Notes under the pieces: generated by a model | The model's database searches: none | Told to the model about the DNA's origin: nothing | The model's input: the letters and a program-made list of their open reading frames with translations, nothing else | Program-made: the position numbers and the translations under genes | Shown: positions 50,281 to 60,160 of the stretch, in pieces | Layout: the number at the start of each line of letters is the position of its first letter | Numbering within the stretch: the first letter of the stretch is position 1 | Origin: a virus | IMG/VR virus record: IMGVR_UViG_3300036670_000209 | Span: 1 to 64,000 of that record | Length of the DNA stretch: 64,000 bases | Direction: 5' to 3' (one strand)

Positions 50281-50714
50281 GCTGTTTCCTTGGTTGTGAT
50301 GTGTTCCAATAGGGTCACATAGGGCAGTAACAGCACACATGCAGGATCCGCACCCAACGCACTCCATACCTGTAGTTGATCTGCTGTCATGTGCATGTAT
50401 CGGTCACAGTGGTCATAGGCGATCAGGGCCATTATTGCATCTTGTGCCGACCGCCATGCCACATCTTGCACCACATCTATTGCCGCGTTCCACGCCGCAT
50501 CCCATGCCCCATTCCATGCCACATCTCTTGATGCCACCAGCGCCGCGTTCCACGCCGCGTTCCACGCCGCGTTCCACGCCGCGTCTCGTGCTGTACGCCA
50601 TGCCGCACGCCATGCTGCATCATGTGCCGGCATTGGTCTAATAGAGAACGACTCCAAGTTGGCCAATACCTGATCTATGTGCCGTGCATTGGGCAAATGA
50701 CTCCATTCCGTCAT
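50277..50714 (-). CDS. WSHLPNA family member
   Basis: Both caps; tandem 12-bp AAWN units at about 50541-50586. Confidence 0.85.
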   Translation of the reverse strand: MTEWSHLPNARHIDQVLANLESFSIRPMPAHDAAWRAAWRTARDAAWNAAWNAAWNAALVASRDVAWNGAWDAAWNAAIDVVQDVAWRSAQDAIMALIAYDHCDRYMHMTADQLQVWSALGADPACVLLLPYVTLLEHITTKETA

Positions 50715-51124
50715 GCTGTTTCCTTGGTTGTGATGTGTTCCAATAGGGTCACATAGGGCAGTACTAGGATTGCCGCTGGATCCGTACCCAACGCGCCCCA
50801 TATTTTCAGTTGATCTGCGGTCATGGTCAGATATTGGGCACTGTGGTCATAGGCAACTAATGCCATTATTGCATCTTGTGCCGATCGCCATGCCACATCC
50901 CATTCCACATCTCTTGCCGCGTTCCACGCCGCATTCCATGCCGCATTCCATGCCACATCTCTTGATGCCGCCTGCGCCGCATCCCATGCCGCATCTCGTG
51001 CTGTACGCCGTGCCGCACGCCGTACAGCATCATATGCCGGCATTGGTCTAATAGAGAACAACTGCGTGTTAATCAATGCCTGATCTATGTGCCGTGCATT
51101 GGGCAAATAACTCCATTCCGTCAT
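50711..51124 (-). CDS. WSHLPNA family member
   Basis: Both caps. Confidence 0.85.
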   Translation of the reverse strand: MTEWSYLPNARHIDQALINTQLFSIRPMPAYDAVRRAARRTARDAAWDAAQAASRDVAWNAAWNAAWNAARDVEWDVAWRSAQDAIMALVAYDHSAQYLTMTADQLKIWGALGTDPAAILVLPYVTLLEHITTKETA

Positions 51125-51546
51125 GCTGTTTCCTTTGAGGTAGCATGCTCCAAGAAAGTCACATATGGAATCAACAAGATCGCAGCGGGATCCTCGTTCA
51201 GAGCACCCCATACCTGTAGTTGGTCTGAGGTCATGGTCAAATATCGGTCACAATAATCATAGGCAACTAATGCCAATATCGAATACCTTGCCGCAGTCCG
51301 TGCCGCATCCAATGCCGCACTCCACGATGTAGTCCATGCCGCATCCAATTCCGCATACCATGCCGCATCTCTTGCCGCATACCATGCTGCATCTCTTGCC
51401 GCAGCTATTGCCGCATCCAATGCCGCAGCTATGATCTCAGCCTGACACGTTTGATATGCCCTGCTGGCTTCAGTGGGATACGAGTGTAAGTTGGCTATCA
51501 CTGCATCAATATGCCGTGCATTGCGCAAGTGACTCCATTTGGTCAT
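51121..51546 (-). CDS. WSHLPNA family member
   Basis: Both caps. Confidence 0.85.
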   Translation of the reverse strand: MTKWSHLRNARHIDAVIANLHSYPTEASRAYQTCQAEIIAAALDAAIAAARDAAWYAARDAAWYAELDAAWTTSWSAALDAARTAARYSILALVAYDYCDRYLTMTSDQLQVWGALNEDPAAILLIPYVTFLEHATSKETA

Positions 51547-51572
51547 ATTGTTTCCTTTGAGGCAACGAGTGG

Positions 51573-51938
51573 TTACAGGCCCAGTAGCTGGCGTTCTTCA
51601 TCAGTGAGTTTGGCCAGCGCACCAGCTTTGAGTTTGAGTAAACGACTGGCCTCTGCTGCTTTTTGCTCCTTGTACTCCACTGCACGATCCAAGTCAAACA
51701 GATCCAGGTCTGACTTCACGCTCCATTTGGAACTGATTAGAAAAGCATCACCGCACTGATCGTCAAGATCCTCAAGGTAGAAATCCGAGCCTCTGACACT
51801 GAGCTCAATGTACACTGCACCTGCACGATCCAACACTCCCATCATGCGCATGATATAAGTGTCTCGGTCCAGCTGTTCAACCTGAGTGTGCACTGAGTCA
51901 TTGCGCTGTGCTCTTTGTGCTTGGGTCTCTTTTGTCAT
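51573..51938 (-). CDS. Hypothetical protein, KLTxEExxLLGL family
   Basis: MTKET...YIMRMM.V..RA...ALAKLTDEERQLLGL; paralogue of 62280-62648. Confidence 0.75.
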   Translation of the reverse strand: MTKETQAQRAQRNDSVHTQVEQLDRDTYIMRMMGVLDRAGAVYIELSVRGSDFYLEDLDDQCGDAFLISSKWSVKSDLDLFDLDRAVEYKEQKAAEASRLLKLKAGALAKLTDEERQLLGL

Positions 51939-52009
51939 CTTGTGCTTTCTATTGCGGCTGTTTATGTGTTGATTATAGCACAGTTGAATAACCCTGTCAA
52001 CCGGCGGGT
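51939..52009 (-). promoter_or_regulatory. Repeated early promoter/leader cassette
   Basis: TTGACA..TATAAT-CAACACATAAACAGC..AGAAAG; ACCC-N11-GGGT around -35. Confidence 0.8.
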
Positions 52010-52011
52010 CT

Positions 52012-52401
52012 TTAATTTTTATAAAGTGTAACTGATTGTGGATAGGGCACACTCTCATTGGCCTGTATTATTACCATTTTGCCTTCAACTTCAAAAACCA
52101 CATACATATAATGTTTATCAGAACGGATTTTTCCACTCTGTTCACTATACCCCTCTGGCTGAAAACTTACAAACTTACCGACGACACGTTCATTTTTAAA
52201 AACTTGTGTTTCTTGATTAGTCAAGTGGTAGCTGACACCGTAAACAATTAAGCAACAAATGGTTGAAATGAAAAAGTATCCAAAGAACTCAGAAGGTTCA
52301 TTTGAAAATACAATCACCAAGAAAATAATGCAGAATGCAAAGACAAACCAAAAGCCTGTATGGTCTGGTGTAATAGTTTGCAGTGGGTTGATGGTATACA
52401 C
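52012..52401 (-). CDS. Membrane protein (2 TM + soluble domain)
   Basis: Own promoter cassette at about 52402-52465. Confidence 0.7.
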   Translation of the reverse strand: MYTINPLQTITPDHTGFWFVFAFCIIFLVIVFSNEPSEFFGYFFISTICCLIVYGVSYHLTNQETQVFKNERVVGKFVSFQPEGYSEQSGKIRSDKHYMYVVFEVEGKMVIIQANESVPYPQSVTLYKN

Positions 52402-52461
52402 AGTGTACTTTCTAGTCTGTTGCTGTTTATGTGTTGATTATAGCATATTTGGATAATCCTG

Positions 52462-52719
52462 TCAAACGATCAGCAATGCTTCAATGTCTGCTTCGCCGCC
52501 CTGATCAAACCGCACATACTCTTTTCCATTGTAGCCAGCAGTGACCTTGAGTCCAGGCGCACTGATCACTGTGGTATATCCTTCATCCATTAACTGGATT
52601 GTAACCTGTTCACGGCACCAGGTATCCACTGTCCAGCCAGCGCCTATGGTTTGATAATCACGTGGCTCGTGGAATTCAGGAGTTTTGACCATGTTGATCA
52701 ACATTTGGATGTTAGTCAT
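52462..52719 (-). CDS. Hypothetical protein
   Basis: Own promoter cassette at about 52720-52783. Confidence 0.7.
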   Translation of the reverse strand: MTNIQMLINMVKTPEFHEPRDYQTIGAGWTVDTWCREQVTIQLMDEGYTTVISAPGLKVTAGYNGKEYVRFDQGGEADIEALLIV

Positions 52720-52792
52720 ATCATTTGCTTTATTGCTATGTGTTAATTATAACACTTTCAGATAACCCAGTCAATCGTAGGGTCTTTAGTTC

Positions 52793-53011
52793 TTATACTG
52801 TATAAGTGGCACCGTAAGCAATGCCAGCTATGATAGTGGCAACCAAGAAACGTAGTACAAAACTGTCAGCAGGTTTATGGTCTACAATTTCAGCCAACTG
52901 TTTGGCTGTAGACGTAAGACCTCGCACAGCTAAATACACCACATACACAATACAAATTAATAGTCTCAGATCATCTACTGGAATATGTTCCATTGGATTA
53001 ATAGTGATCAT
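52793..53011 (-). CDS. Small 2-TM protein, N-terminus related to 52012-52401
   Basis: MITINPMEHIP vs MYTINPLQTIT; cassette at 53012-53084. Confidence 0.65.
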   Translation of the reverse strand: MITINPMEHIPVDDLRLLICIVYVVYLAVRGLTSTAKQLAEIVDHKPADSFVLRFLVATIIAGIAYGATYTV

Positions 53012-53083
53012 GTGTTGCTTTCTACTGTGTTGCTGTTTATGTGTTAATTATAACACGTTTTCGGGACCTGGTCAATCCAAGGG

Positions 53084-53944
53084 TTGTTCCTCGACTGCTT
53101 CAAACCATTCTGTTTTAAATGGATTGTCATTATTAGCCGATTCAGCAAATTGGTCTGCTTCAACTTCTGTGGCAAACTGAGCTACTTCATTTCTGAGTAC
53201 CTCATCATAATCTCTAACGCAATGTTTTACGATCCACATATAATTTCCCAATTCTCAAAATTTACATTCTATATTTTGGCCACACCAAATTCTTTCAACT
53301 GCACCTTTAATTCCCGTTTGTTTTACTGTATCTACGTTATTATATACAGTTGACCCAATAAAAATATAAAAGCAAACAATTCCAACAAAAATTACTGAGG
53401 CAATAATCGCTAGTACCCGAAACAATATATTAAACAAACTGAAACCTTGATCAAGTTTATTGCGATTAAATTTTTTTGTGTTAAACATTTCCCAGTGCTT
53501 TCCAGCCGTAACGACTCGCAAAAATCTCTGCATCACTGCGCAGTTGATATTCCCGAACACACTTGGTCATATAACATTCAATCTGGCGAATAGTGTCAAA
53601 CTTGAGTTCACGCACTGTGACCACATATTTTGGATATTCTTTTGTACCTGGATATATATTTGCTATAAACTTTTTCATGATATAAACTTAATAATTATTG
53701 AGACCCAGCAGCTGGCGTTCTTCAGGTGTAAGTTTGGTTTCTTTTGCCATATTGCACTTGATTAGTCAATTTTTAATTTTGCAGTCATTCTTCGCAAATT
53801 TTCTTGAGCCGTCTTGGTTATCGACTCGGACAATGATTGATTATGAAAATGTGAATGATTCTTGCGCAACAAATCATAACAACTATTGAGCCTAATTTTT
53901 GACTCAATAGATTCAATCTCTTTGTTTAAATTATCTGGTTTCAT
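53084..53944 (-). other. AT-rich run of small hypothetical genes, including a 20-aa mini-ORF at 53688-53750
   Basis: ORFs 53255-53560, 53481-53678, 53762-53944. Confidence 0.5.
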
Positions 53945-54000
53945 AATAAGCCTTTGTTGATAGTTTATTATAACATAGTGATAACAAAAGTAAACTTATT

Positions 54001-54354
54001 TCATAATTTCTTAACAGTGAATTCGTGTCCAAGAACATAATACTGGTCATTATCCGAGTCACACCCATAAAGAAATGTTGATGTACCAATATACAGATCT
54101 TCACCTATGCTGAATTTTCTCCAATATTCATCATCACCACAGCATGCGCGTACTGAGCAATCTTCCAGAGCAAGATTAAATAACTCATTTTCTATGCTTT
54201 TGCTTAATTCTTCTAATGCTTCACCAGAGTTGATTACGGGTTTCTTACTTAATTCATCTAACTTGCGATTCAAAACCCCAAGTTTACACGTTAGTTCAAA
54301 AATATTATATTCGAGTTCTTGTTTATTCACTGTGCATCTGCAATCATAGGACAT
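54001..54354 (-). CDS. Hypothetical protein, paralogue of 57112-57513 and 57586-57951
   Basis: C....CG.DEY..F.IG..LY.G ... HEFTV. Confidence 0.65.
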   Translation of the reverse strand: MSYDCRCTVNKQELEYNIFELTCKLGVLNRKLDELSKKPVINSGEALEELSKSIENELFNLALEDCSVRACCGDDEYWRKFSIGEDLYIGTSTFLYGCDSDNDQYYVLGHEFTVKKL

Positions 54355-54635
54355 TGTCCGGTCATGCTGGCTGAGACACTGTTTGGACAAATCCAACCAG
54401 ATTGTTTTTTAATATCAAAATGTTTTACTATATCACTATTCAACCAAGAGGCAGTTTCTTGTGTGTTGCGTCCAAGGTCAATGGATTCACCCATAGTCGC
54501 ATTTACAACATCTAAACAGTCTTTTATAATTAGCTCTGCAAAATGTTCTATTGCGGCTCTCTGAACTGGACCGGTTTTAAAGAAGTCTGCAATACGTTCA
54601 TTGCATTGTGCTATTTCTTGTATTCGTTCGTTCAT
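54327..54635 (-). CDS. MNERI/FAELI/KHF family member
   Basis: MNERIQEIA..HFAELIIKDC..IVKHF. Confidence 0.7.
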   Translation of the reverse strand: MNERIQEIAQCNERIADFFKTGPVQRAAIEHFAELIIKDCLDVVNATMGESIDLGRNTQETASWLNSDIVKHFDIKKQSGWICPNSVSASMTGQCPMIADAQ

Positions 54636-54696
54636 GACAATATTCCAATTAATATTATGGTTAAACCGATTACTATTAACCATTTACACCAGTTGA

Positions 54697-54903
54697 TTAT
54701 TCAACTCCAAAATGTTTCTTGATGTGCCAGCATGGGTGAATACCATCTTTGGATTCCGGCACAGTATCTGGTAACACATCAGAAACTACATCTAGACATT
54801 CCTGAATGATCAATTGGGCGAACCTTTCATACACCGTGTCGTTAGGCAGTGCGACATAATGCACACCAGCCTGTTCCAATAGGTCTCGAATTTGTTTGTT
54901 CAT
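54697..54903 (-). CDS. MNERI/FAELI/KHFG family member
   Basis: MNKQIRDL..RFAQLIIQEC..IKKHFGVE. Confidence 0.75.
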   Translation of the reverse strand: MNKQIRDLLEQAGVHYVALPNDTVYERFAQLIIQECLDVVSDVLPDTVPESKDGIHPCWHIKKHFGVE

Positions 54904-55060
54904 CAGTAGCACTCCTCAAGAATGACATTGTGACCTAGATGCTCTAACAGGTTCTTGATACCTTGTGTGCCCAGGTCTTCATCATTGTGATCCCAACTGA
55001 AAGTCTTACCATCTACCTTCACTGTCCATCCGTCACAGTGTTGCTCAATTTCAATATTTT

Positions 55061-55294
55061 TCATTCTTCAACTCCAAAATGTTTCCTGACCACAGCCACA
55101 CCTTCATCGACATCATTATAGTGCAGTACAATGTTGGTGCATTCTTTAACAATCAACTCAGCGAATTTTTCCAATCCGACACCTTTAGTATAAACAATCT
55201 TTTCAATACCTGTTGCTACTGGAATATACCAATCAGAATCATCCAGAAATTTACATCCAGCCTGTTCAGCAAGTTTTTGAATTCGCTCATTCAT
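55061..55294 (-). CDS. MNERI/FAELI/KHFG family member
   Basis: MNERIQKLA..LEKFAELIVKEC..RKHFGVEE. Confidence 0.75.
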   Translation of the reverse strand: MNERIQKLAEQAGCKFLDDSDWYIPVATGIEKIVYTKGVGLEKFAELIVKECTNIVLHYNDVDEGVAVVRKHFGVEE

Positions 55295-55369
55295 AATTTA
55301 ACTCCTATTATATTTCAGTTTATATATTAATTATAACACAATTAAACAACTGTATCAAGCCTAAAGTTT

Positions 55370-55992
55370 TTACCAGGTAACCTGAATGTAAGGCAGCATC
55401 TTAAGCGTAACTTCTTCATCCATGCTTTTGAATCCTCCGCCAATCCGTGTCTCTCGATATGAGATTTTAAACTCATACCCCAGCTGTTTCATTTCTTGTT
55501 CAATTGATCTTTGCAAGGGAGTAAACTCTGCTGAATAAAATGACTCAGTCACAACCCTAAATTCCACATGATATGGAAGGGCTATATCTAACCAAATTTC
55601 GGATTTACCTAGACTAGCAGCAATGCTAATTTTTTCTCCAATCTGCTGTATCCGTTTGGTCATGATGACATGACTGGTTTCAACTGCTGCACGTGCTTGC
55701 TGTGCTGTGATCATCATGTGTTCCTTTGTTGTGATTGGCATTGGCAGGACAGTCAGGGGTAGTAATCAACATCCACTGCATCTACTTCATAATACATATT
55801 ACGTCCTGCAATAACCATGGCCTCAATCTCTGTGTAACCCAGTGGTGAACTCATCAGTTGGCGAACATGTTTAGCCTGGCTGGCGCTGCGTAACTGCTCG
55901 CACTCAGCGAATGCCCTGGCTTTTGATGTGTAGCCTTTGACCACCTCATAGCCCAGGTCAATTATTTCACACACCAACCACACGGTGGTCAT
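55370..55992 (-). other. Two hypothetical genes (55370-55741, 55753-55992)
   Basis: Coupled ORFs. Confidence 0.6.
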
Positions 55993-55994
55993 GA

Positions 55995-56258
55995 TTAAAC
56001 TCCAAAGTGTTCGTTAATATCCATCTCAGCAGTGGCCATTGCTTCATCTACATTACATTCATCATCAATGGCTTGATTCTTTCTTTTAGAGACAATACTA
56101 ACACATTCAGCCACAATCAATTGGGCGAACCGTTCAATAGATGCCATCCGAATGTCAATAGGAACTCTATACCCATCTGGTGCATTAACTGTATATAAAT
56201 GTACCATATAACCATGCAAATGACTATCTATACACATTTTTCTAATTTGTTCGTTCAT
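55995..56258 (-). CDS. MNERI/FAELI/KHFG family member
   Basis: MNEQIRK..ERFAQLIVAEC..INEHFGV. Confidence 0.75.
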   Translation of the reverse strand: MNEQIRKMCIDSHLHGYMVHLYTVNAPDGYRVPIDIRMASIERFAQLIVAECVSIVSKRKNQAIDDECNVDEAMATAEMDINEHFGV

Positions 56259-56473
56259 ACTTCAACTCCAAAGTGTTTCACAATTTTCCAATAGGGATGA
56301 GCACCTTCTTTGGATTCTGCCGCATCATCATCATCGGACACATCCTCAGACACAACATCCATACATTCTTGAATGATCAACTGGGCGAATTTTTCTAGTT
56401 TAGTGGGAATACCCTCTGGATTGTATGTTGGCAACCCAGCCTCATGAGCAAGGTCTCGAATTCGTTGGTTCAT
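56255..56473 (-). CDS. MNERI/FAELI/KHFG family member
   Basis: MNQRIRDLA..LEKFAQLIIQEC..IVKHFGVE. Confidence 0.75.
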   Translation of the reverse strand: MNQRIRDLAHEAGLPTYNPEGIPTKLEKFAQLIIQECMDVVSEDVSDDDDAAESKEGAHPYWKIVKHFGVEV

Positions 56474-56538
56474 GTGTTGCTTTCCGGTGTGTTGCTGTTT
56501 ATGTGTTAATTATAACAAAGACCCTGTCAACTGATGGG

Positions 56539-56968
56539 TTATTCCGACTCCCATGAATCTGTTACTAGATCGTATTTGTTTTCGCTGTGATAGCTAGCAT
56601 ACGCGTAATCAGCAGCCTTACCGGGTGTGTCGCCATACCCGCAAATTTGGTAGACAGTCATGGTTTTACTGTCTTTGAACGTCAGGAACGCTCGATAATC
56701 CTCATCCTGAATTTTTTCTTGAACTTCAATACTAATAAAATGTATCATTTCATTCTCCGTGGATCATTACAAGAACCTTACCAGCCATTTCTGGATATTT
56801 ACGCTGATGAAGTGGATCACGGTAGTCCAGGGTATAACAGCATTCAATGTCCACTGACTGCATGGTCATATGGGTTTCATAACCACGTGATACTTGAACA
56901 CCGCATTCTACTTCAGCATCTTGTGGGAGTGTTTTCATCCATTCAATCATTTGTGCTACTGTTGTCAT
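56539..56968 (-). other. Two hypothetical genes (56539-56748, 56750-56968)
   Basis: Behind promoter cassette at 56969-57041. Confidence 0.65.
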
Positions 56969-57577
56969 GCGTTGCTTTCTGGTGTGTTGCTGTTTATGTG
57001 TTAATTATAGCATAAAACAAAAACCCAGTCAAGTTTCGGGTTATTGCGCACCAAGGTATTTCTTGATTTTGGTTACTATGAACATGTCCTGGCCCAGCGG
57101 CCAGGACGCTGTTACCTGCCAGGGCCAATGGCTCTGGTGCATGGAGTGGGCAATTCGTTGGCATCCAGAAACACCAAACTCACGTTAAATTCGTGATCGT
57201 CAATGAAGTAGTAGGTTTTATCGTGTCTGTTGTATTCAAAGCTAGCAACACCTTCATACAAGGTTTCACCCACATAAAATTGTTTTGAATATTGGGCTAG
57301 ACCACAATTGTATGAGCCTTCACAGGCTTGTTCAGCAAGTGCATACAGCTCACCGTGTATCTTAAGTGTAGCATCTTCCAAGCTTTGGAACACATTGTTC
57401 TTGGGATCCTGATTGAAATTGTTCATCTGAAAATTCCAGATCGTCAGCTCAGCTGACACGCGATCAATGTTGTCTTGGATTTCTTGCCTGGATAGTGTGA
57501 CTTTATTCATCATGCGTTGCTTTCTGGTGTGTTGCTGTTTATGTGTTAATTATAGCATAAAACAAAAACCCAGTCAA
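56965..57577 (-). repeat. 68-bp identical direct repeat (56965-57032 and 57510-57577): promoter/leader cassette flanking one gene
   Basis: TCATGCGTTGCTTTCTGGTGTGTTGCTGTTTATGTGTTAATTATAGCATAAAACAAAAACCCAGTCAA twice. Confidence 0.9.
57112..57513 (-). CDS. Hypothetical protein, tandem paralogue
   Basis: DPKNNVF..ACEGSYNCG..YSKQFYVGETLYEG. Confidence 0.75.
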   Translation of the reverse strand: MMNKVTLSRQEIQDNIDRVSAELTIWNFQMNNFNQDPKNNVFQSLEDATLKIHGELYALAEQACEGSYNCGLAQYSKQFYVGETLYEGVASFEYNRHDKTYYFIDDHEFNVSLVFLDANELPTPCTRAIGPGR

Positions 57578-57585
57578 ATTTCGGG

Positions 57586-57951
57586 TTATCCAACGCCAGA
57601 GTATTTTTTGATTTTGCCCACAGTAGTCACGGGCACCAAATTCACCGTGAATTCATGTGCAACAATATAATAATAGGTCGTCTGGTTGTATTTAAATTTT
57701 GATATGCCCTCGTACAGAGTACTGCCCACATAAAATTGCTTGGAATATTCATCCTGACCGCACCCATGAGCCCCACTGCATGCTGCTCCGGCAATTGAAT
57801 ACAACTGGTCTCCGATCAGTGCGCTGGCTATTTCCAGGGTGTCATAGACATTATTCTTGGGATTTTTTTCAAAATCCACATCATAAGTGGTACAATCCGC
57901 CAGCGCACTGCTGTCTGTACAAATGTTATTTTGAATTTTTTGTTTGCTCAT
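57586..57951 (-). CDS. Hypothetical protein, tandem paralogue
   Basis: NPKNNVY..ACSGAHGCG..YSKQFYVGSTLYEG. Confidence 0.75.
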   Translation of the reverse strand: MSKQKIQNNICTDSSALADCTTYDVDFEKNPKNNVYDTLEIASALIGDQLYSIAGAACSGAHGCGQDEYSKQFYVGSTLYEGISKFKYNQTTYYYIVAHEFTVNLVPVTTVGKIKKYSGVG

Positions 57952-58766
57952 TTTTTAAAATTATTTTAATCATTTGATATAAGATTGCAGCGTTCCAGGG
58001 ATTATCCACACAAATCTTTTGCATATTTATTATATCAGCTTCTGCGATTGTGGGCTCATGTTCTATTAACAGTTCACGGACAATTTCTTCGTTTAGTATT
58101 GCGTTCACATCTGGCGTGGTTGGTTTCATACTGTGGGCTTTCTCAGACTTGCATTAAACCATTCAGTTAGATTTGAATTCAATGTGGCAATGGTGATCTG
58201 ATCCACTGGTGGTCTGATAGTTCTATGGTCTCGTGTGATTCGAGTGTGGTCAATTTTCATTTTTACTTCCAAATAATCGATAAGTGAACTACCAGTTCCT
58301 GAGTAGCAATATCAGCGGCGCACAACATATCAATACCAAATATAATATCCAAATCATACGCCGTGCTGCGATTATTTTTTTCTGTGTTTCAAACATCAGC
58401 AGCATGTAGGTCACAGCATTTAGTATTAATACCAAAATTATTAGTAGTAGTTGTCCGTGGTCCATGAGATCCTCCTGTTAACTGATACGCTGCGGCCGTG
58501 GTTGCCCTGTCAGCTGCAACTGAAAAATATTATAAGCCCAGGTGCTACAGGCGATATTTGGCTAGCACACTGACGGCCAAATCCACTGAATCAATCTGAT
58601 CAGTTATCTCCAGTTGCATCAGCTGGATCAGCAGCTGGCATTGCTGCTGATGCTCCGGGAGCAGGCTGGCTATAAATATGTCCACCCGCGTTTTATTTTC
58701 CATTTGCCAGATTATCTGGCAAAAAAGTTGCTGCAAGCGTGTGAGTCCATTCAGTGTGATATCCAT
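57926..58766 (-). other. Small hypothetical genes (57926-58129, 58545-58766 and shorter ORFs between)
   Basis: Minus-strand ORFs. Confidence 0.5.
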
Positions 58767-58822
58767 GATTTCTCCAGTATATGTTGATTGTAATGCAGTG
58801 CAGTTTATAAGTCAAACCAGGT

Positions 58823-59251
58823 TCAGTGTTTTTTGTTCAGTGCAAGCTGTACACACACCATTGGGTATAGCAGGCTGCCAGCTGGGGTGGGGTTTAGTAT
58901 ATTCCATACCACCAGCTGATCAGGCGTCAGGTTCAGGTACTGCCCACAATTATCATATATAATCAGTGCCAATAGTATGCCCTGTATCGCAGCCCAGGTA
59001 TAATTATTAACCCGTATCCCATGTTTTTCCAGCATGTTCACGTGATTTTGAATTTTGACCATCATGGTGATCCAAACGTGATTACGCCGTCCATCCCAGA
59101 GTACACTGTGTGCAGCCGACCACGACACGTCCCATTCACTTCCCAGGTGGCTAAAACTCCAAACTGAGTCCCATGCCGGTGTCTCTGGGTCCAAACTGTT
59201 CAGCAGCTGGTTAATATGGGCTGCGTTGGGCAGGTGACTCCATGCTGTCAT
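58823..59251 (-). CDS. WSHLPNA family member (divergent core)
   Basis: MTAWSHLPNAAHINQLL..ILLALIIYDNC..YL.LTPDQL. Confidence 0.8.
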   Translation of the reverse strand: MTAWSHLPNAAHINQLLNSLDPETPAWDSVWSFSHLGSEWDVSWSAAHSVLWDGRRNHVWITMMVKIQNHVNMLEKHGIRVNNYTWAAIQGILLALIIYDNCGQYLNLTPDQLVVWNILNPTPAGSLLYPMVCVQLALNKKH

Positions 59252-59315
59252 GCTGTTTCCTTGGTTGCTATGCGTCAATTATAGCAGAATTCATTAACCC
59301 AGTCAACTGTGGGGG
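59252..59315 (-). promoter_or_regulatory. Consensus sigma70 promoter embedded in the 3' end of a family gene
   Basis: TTGACT-17-TATAAT, leader ..AACCAAGGAAACAGC-ATG. Confidence 0.8.
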
Positions 59316-59732
59316 CTTTACCGTTTCCAATAGAGTCACATATGGAATCAATAAGATCGCAGCGGGATCGTCGCTCAAAGCACCCCATACAGCCAGATGA
59401 TCTGCGGTCATGGTCAGATATCGGTCACTGTGATCATAGGCAACCAATGCCAATATCGCATTTAATGTCGCATCCCACAGCACGATGTCAACGGTCACCT
59501 GCTGTGACGCATCCCATGCCGGCCCCGATACCACATCTCTCACCACACCCCATGCCGCACCCAATGCCTCAGCTCTCGCTGCGACACATGCCACATCCCT
59601 GGCCACATCCCAGTAGGCCGTCGCCAGCCCAACCAAAGACTTTTTGGCATCTGATCTATCTGGAAACGATCGCAAGTGGGCCAGCACCTGATCAATGTGC
59701 CGTGCATTGGCCAAGTGACTCCATTCAGTCAT
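59268..59732 (-). CDS. WSHLPNA family member
   Basis: Both caps. Confidence 0.85.
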   Translation of the reverse strand: MTEWSHLANARHIDQVLAHLRSFPDRSDAKKSLVGLATAYWDVARDVACVAARAEALGAAWGVVRDVVSGPAWDASQQVTVDIVLWDATLNAILALVAYDHSDRYLTMTADHLAVWGALSDDPAAILLIPYVTLLETVKPPQLTGLMNSAIIDA

Positions 59733-60160
59733 GATGTTTCCTTTGAGGTGGCATTTTCCAAGAAAGTCACATAGGGCAGTAATAGGATCGCTGCGGGATC
59801 ATAGTTCAATGCACACCATACGCGCAGTTGATCTGCGGTCATGGTCAAATATTGGGCACAATGGTCATACACAACCAATGCCAATATCGCATTCAATATC
59901 GCATCCCGCATCACTATGTTGACGGTCACCTGCTGCGGCGCATCCCATGTCACATCCCATGCCGCATCCAACGCCACATCCCTGGTCTCGGTCAGCACCA
60001 GTGCGCCGTACACCTCACACCGCGCCGCGCGCGATGCTGCATCTTGTGCCACCTCTTGTGACACACATGCGGCTGGTATTGGTCTAATAGAGAACGATCT
60101 TATGTTGGTCAATACCCAATCTATATGTGCTGCATTGGGCAGGTGACTCCATGCAGTCAT
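59729..60160 (-). CDS. WSHLPNA family member
   Basis: Both caps; mosaic core. Confidence 0.85.
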   Translation of the reverse strand: MTAWSHLPNAAHIDWVLTNIRSFSIRPIPAACVSQEVAQDAASRAARCEVYGALVLTETRDVALDAAWDVTWDAPQQVTVNIVMRDAILNAILALVVYDHCAQYLTMTADQLRVWCALNYDPAAILLLPYVTFLENATSKETS

